A stretch of 27,481 nt of DNA from a virus. Taxonomy: Duplodnaviria > Heunggongvirae > Uroviricota > Caudoviricetes. The translations under genes were made by a program, and so were the position numbers. Below, piece after piece: positions 24,564-27,481 of this stretch (within the stretch, counting starts at the first letter, position 1; every line of letters begins with the position of its first letter). The stretch covers positions 1 to 27,481 of IMG/VR virus record IMGVR_UViG_3300028965_000054, one strand, 5' to 3'. The notes under the pieces are model-generated. The model was not told where the DNA came from. It saw only the letters and a program-made list of their open reading frames with translations, and searched no databases.

Positions 24564-25740
24564 CGGCAAACCTACCGCAGATTACGAGCGCATTCTGGCT
24601 GATAATGGCATGCCGGTAACCGAAGAACAGGCACGTGCTGAATTTGAAGCCATTGTCAAAGACGAAGGGCTTATCACCAACACATCCCGCATGTCGCCGT
24701 TCTGGCGACTGATTACAGCTATCACCACAAAACCCGTGATGTGGCTGAAAGATGCGCTGGTTAATGTGGTGATGAAAAACCTGTTTCTGGCTGATGCCAG
24801 CGGTGTATTCGTTGATGTTTTTGCCTGGGCGGTAAACCTGCAACGCAAGGCCGCCACGCACGCAGCCGGCGTGATTCGTTTCACCAAAAACGACATTGAT
24901 CGCGCAGTTACCGTGTCGGCCGGTACGCAGATTCAGACAGAACGCATTAACGGCGTAATTTATACGCTGACCGTTGTCAGGGATACCGTTATTCCGGCAG
25001 GAACACTCAGCATGAACATCGATGTTTCTGCGGAACAGGCCGGAGCCGGCTTTAACCTTGCGCCGGGATATTACCGCATCCTTCCGGTGGCGATTGATGG
25101 TATTGCCGGTGTTGAGAACGATGAAAACTGGCTGACCACACCGGGTGCCAACGAAGAAAGCGATGACGAGCTGCGTGATCGTGTTCGCAATCAGTTTAAC
25201 CTTGCCGGCGCTTATCACACAGATGCTGTTTACCGGGGATTAATTGCCGGCGTTGCAGGTATCAGTGCCGACCGCATCTATTTTCTGCATGACGCACCAC
25301 GCGGCCCCGGCACAGCAAATGCTTACATTCTGCTGGATACCGGTATCGCATCCGAACCGTTCGTTGATGCCGTAAACGCATTCATTAACGATGAAGGTCA
25401 TCACGGACACGGTGATGATCTGCGCTGTTTTTCCATACCCGAAACACGCCACCCCCTGACCGTGACACTCTGGTTGTATGCAACGCTGAACCTCAGCGAT
25501 GAGGAAATTCAGACGTTATTGCGCAATGTGGAAAATCTGGTTCGCTGTGCATTTCGAGAAAACAGCGATTATGACGTTCAGAAAACATGGCCGTATAGCC
25601 GTTTCAGCATGTCCAGACTGGGCGAAGAGATCCACCAGGTATTTCCACAGGTGGAGTCGGTTACATTTTCTCTTCCGGATATTCTCAGTGATCTAGCCGT
25701 TCCTCGTCTGGAATCCCTTGCTGTGGAGGTGAGCGCGTGA
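24556..25740 (+). CDS. Baseplate J-like protein
   Basis: 394 aa from ATG 24556 (track starts at TTG 24553); EESDDELRDRVRNQFN-type block is characteristic of the baseplate J family. Confidence 0.75.
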   Translation: MINGKPTADYERILADNGMPVTEEQARAEFEAIVKDEGLITNTSRMSPFWRLITAITTKPVMWLKDALVNVVMKNLFLADASGVFVDVFAWAVNLQRKAATHAAGVIRFTKNDIDRAVTVSAGTQIQTERINGVIYTLTVVRDTVIPAGTLSMNIDVSAEQAGAGFNLAPGYYRILPVAIDGIAGVENDENWLTTPGANEESDDELRDRVRNQFNLAGAYHTDAVYRGLIAGVAGISADRIYFLHDAPRGPGTANAYILLDTGIASEPFVDAVNAFINDEGHHGHGDDLRCFSIPETRHPLTVTLWLYATLNLSDEEIQTLLRNVENLVRCAFRENSDYDVQKTWPYSRFSMSRLGEEIHQVFPQVESVTFSLPDILSDLAVPRLESLAVEVSA

Positions 25741-26372
25741 AACTTCCGGAGATCCCTGAATTCCCGCTCCCCACCTGGATGAATAAAGGCGAGCCGTTAA
25801 CGCTGGCACATTCATCGCATCGCTACTGGGAAAAGGTATACAGCTGGCTGACGTGGCCACTACAGCAGATTGATGTCGACACCTGTGCAGAGCCTTTACT
25901 TAACCTGCTGGCTTATCAGCGCAATATCACCCGATTTAAAGGTGAGCCGGTTTCGTTATTTCGCTTAAGAGTGAAACACGCGTTTATTAACGCTCAGGAC
26001 TCTGGCGAACGCGCCGGCTTCGAACGCATCTTTAAGCGTCTTGGCGTGGGAGACGTTAAAACACTGGAACGGCAACTGCAGCATGACTGGGACGTTATTT
26101 TACTGCGCATTAATGACACCCAGTTAAGTGAAAACAACGCGCTGATGATGCAGCTCGTGCGCCAGTATGGTCGTACCTGCAGGCGTTATTTCTTTCAGGT
26201 AATCAATACAACCACTGCCCGGCTGACAGCCGGCACATTTGATGGCCATTACAGGTATCACACAGCAGAAGCAACGGTGAGAAAGGACACCATCTGGTTA
26301 ACCGCTTCGCTACAGGCAGGACATTACGGCCTGTCCGTGGAGCATTACACATTACAGGCAGACGAAGCATGA
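25737..26372 (+). CDS. Putative tail protein (gpI-like by position)
   Basis: 211 aa starting at GTG 25737 overlapping upstream stop; lies between J-like gene and tail fibre as gpI does in P2. Confidence 0.45.
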   Translation: MKLPEIPEFPLPTWMNKGEPLTLAHSSHRYWEKVYSWLTWPLQQIDVDTCAEPLLNLLAYQRNITRFKGEPVSLFRLRVKHAFINAQDSGERAGFERIFKRLGVGDVKTLERQLQHDWDVILLRINDTQLSENNALMMQLVRQYGRTCRRYFFQVINTTTARLTAGTFDGHYRYHTAEATVRKDTIWLTASLQAGHYGLSVEHYTLQADEA

Positions 26373-27481
26373 GCACGATTATTACTGAACAGTACGAACA
26401 CTGGTGTGCGAATCAGCTCATCAGTGGAAAACCTGCGCGCCCGGATACATTTGTTTTTGCATATATTCCGGGACAGGATGAATCCGCAGAGATCCCCCGC
26501 GATGAGATACTCCCTGATGAATCCATGATTCAGTATCGTGCGCCGGTCACCCAGTACGGCCTCCTGTCGCCGAACGCGACCGCGTTTTCCATCATTCTGG
26601 ACACGACAGTCGGCGACTTCGAATACAACTGGATCGGTCTGCTGAACGAAGAAAGCGGCGTGCTCTGCATGATTGCACACACACCTCGTCAGCAAAAAAT
26701 TAAAACAGCGAACGGCGTACAGGGAAACAACCTGATCCGCACATTTTCCATGGAGTTTGACGGCGCAGCCGCAGCAATGCATATCGATGTCAGTGCTGAT
26801 GTCTGGCAGATTGATTTCACTGCACGCCTTGCAGGAATGGATGAGGCCCGCCGGCTGCTGGCGTTTGATCACTACGGTGAAGCCGCTTTTCTGGGGGATG
26901 GTTTTCAGGTCAGCTATCAGGATGGTACCGCTACTGTTGCCGCCGGCGTGGGTTATGTGGGAGGTCTGCGCGTCAGTCTGCGCGAACCTTACAGCCTGCC
27001 GGCTGCGGTCGGGGATACCCTCTGGATTGATGCAAGCTGGCAGGGATTTGTTACCGGCGAATGGAATACCGTTTTTACGTTCTGCGCCCGCCAGGAACAT
27101 GCGTCTTATACAGACGGTAACGGCTTCCGACACTTTGTCGCGCCACTTGCGAAACTGACATCAGAAGGCTTACAGGATTTACGTCCACAGACGCCCGATG
27201 AAGAACAAAGCAATGCGCTGGCAGATCATGAAAAATCCCGCAGACATCCGGATGCCACACTGAACGAAAAGGGGTTTGCTCAGTACAGTAATGACACAGA
27301 CAGCAATGCAGAAGACCGCGCCGCCACATCAAAGGCAGTAAAAGCCGCAATGGATAAGGCAAAAGGCGCTGTTGAGCGTGACGGCGACACCATGACCGGG
27401 GAACTGAAAATCCGTGGTGTTAATGCGCTGAGGATTTTCAACGAAGCCTTTGGTCTGATTTTTCGTCGTTCGGAAGAGTGC
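26369..27481 (+). CDS. Tail fibre protein, 3'-truncated by the window edge
   Basis: Open frame from ATG 26369 to the last base; absent from the ORF track, translated by hand. ADHEKSRRHPDATLNEKGFAQ...AATSKAVKAAMD matches recalled P2 gpH (AEHEQSRRHPDASLTAKGFTQ...AATPKAVKAAYD). Confidence 0.8.
   Translation, partial: MSTIITEQYEHWCANQLISGKPARPDTFVFAYIPGQDESAEIPRDEILPDESMIQYRAPVTQYGLLSPNATAFSIILDTTVGDFEYNWIGLLNEESGVLCMIAHTPRQQKIKTANGVQGNNLIRTFSMEFDGAAAAMHIDVSADVWQIDFTARLAGMDEARRLLAFDHYGEAAFLGDGFQVSYQDGTATVAAGVGYVGGLRVSLREPYSLPAAVGDTLWIDASWQGFVTGEWNTVFTFCARQEHASYTDGNGFRHFVAPLAKLTSEGLQDLRPQTPDEEQSNALADHEKSRRHPDATLNEKGFAQYSNDTDSNAEDRAATSKAVKAAMDKAKGAVERDGDTMTGELKIRGVNALRIFNEAFGLIFRRSEEC

Larger units (their letters stand above)
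1..27481. mobile_element. P2-like myovirus prophage, partial: left end at the integrase, right end beyond the window
   Basis: Contiguous phage modules in P2-like order (int, repressor, cox, early genes, gpA replication, cargo, Q/P leftward, O/N/M/L rightward, tail, lysis). No host housekeeping genes seen. Confidence 0.9.

Noticed and set aside
1-27481. CRISPR array, rRNA/tRNA genes, IS transposase, reverse transcriptase/retron, restriction-modification genes
   Set aside because: By eye: no tandem repeat-spacer array, no long untranslated conserved RNA gene, no DDE transposase or RT motifs, no methyltransferase motifs. A tool-based scan would be needed to exclude them fully.

Overview
The whole window reads as the left ~27.5 kb of an integrated P2-like (Peduovirus-type) myovirus prophage from an enterobacterial host, annotated by eye from the sequence and the ORF track (no searches run; family assignments rest on recalled motifs and P2 protein sequences). 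Left to right: a P2-type tyrosine integrase ending exactly at base 1 (attL must lie outside the window), a leftward tandem-HTH immunity repressor, a rightward Cox homologue, then a long early operon of small, mostly translationally coupled genes that ends in a 2-TM protein plus an SPFH/band-7 lipoprotein. After a structured ~370 bp non-coding gap comes a 946-aa P2 gpA-like rolling-circle initiator, followed by AT-rich cargo where P2 carries tin/old: a ParM/ParR actin-type partition pair, a 95-aa unknown and a short Rrf2-family regulator. The late region has a P2-like head module (Ogr/Delta-like zinc finger, portal Q, terminase P leftward; scaffold O, capsid N, small terminase M, head completion L rightward) and a rearranged tail/lysis module (R-like, S-like, sheath-like, tube-like, holin-like, M15 endolysin, chaperone with a -1 frameshift extension, tape measure, W-like, baseplate J-like, I-like, and a tail fibre running off the right edge). 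No rRNA, tRNA, CRISPR array, transposase or reverse transcriptase was seen. The best candidates for something undescribed are the coupled operon ending in the SPFH lipoprotein, the repeat-rich non-coding region upstream of the replication genes, and the partition module with paired palindromes in an integrase-bearing P2-like prophage; all are inferences that need homology searches.
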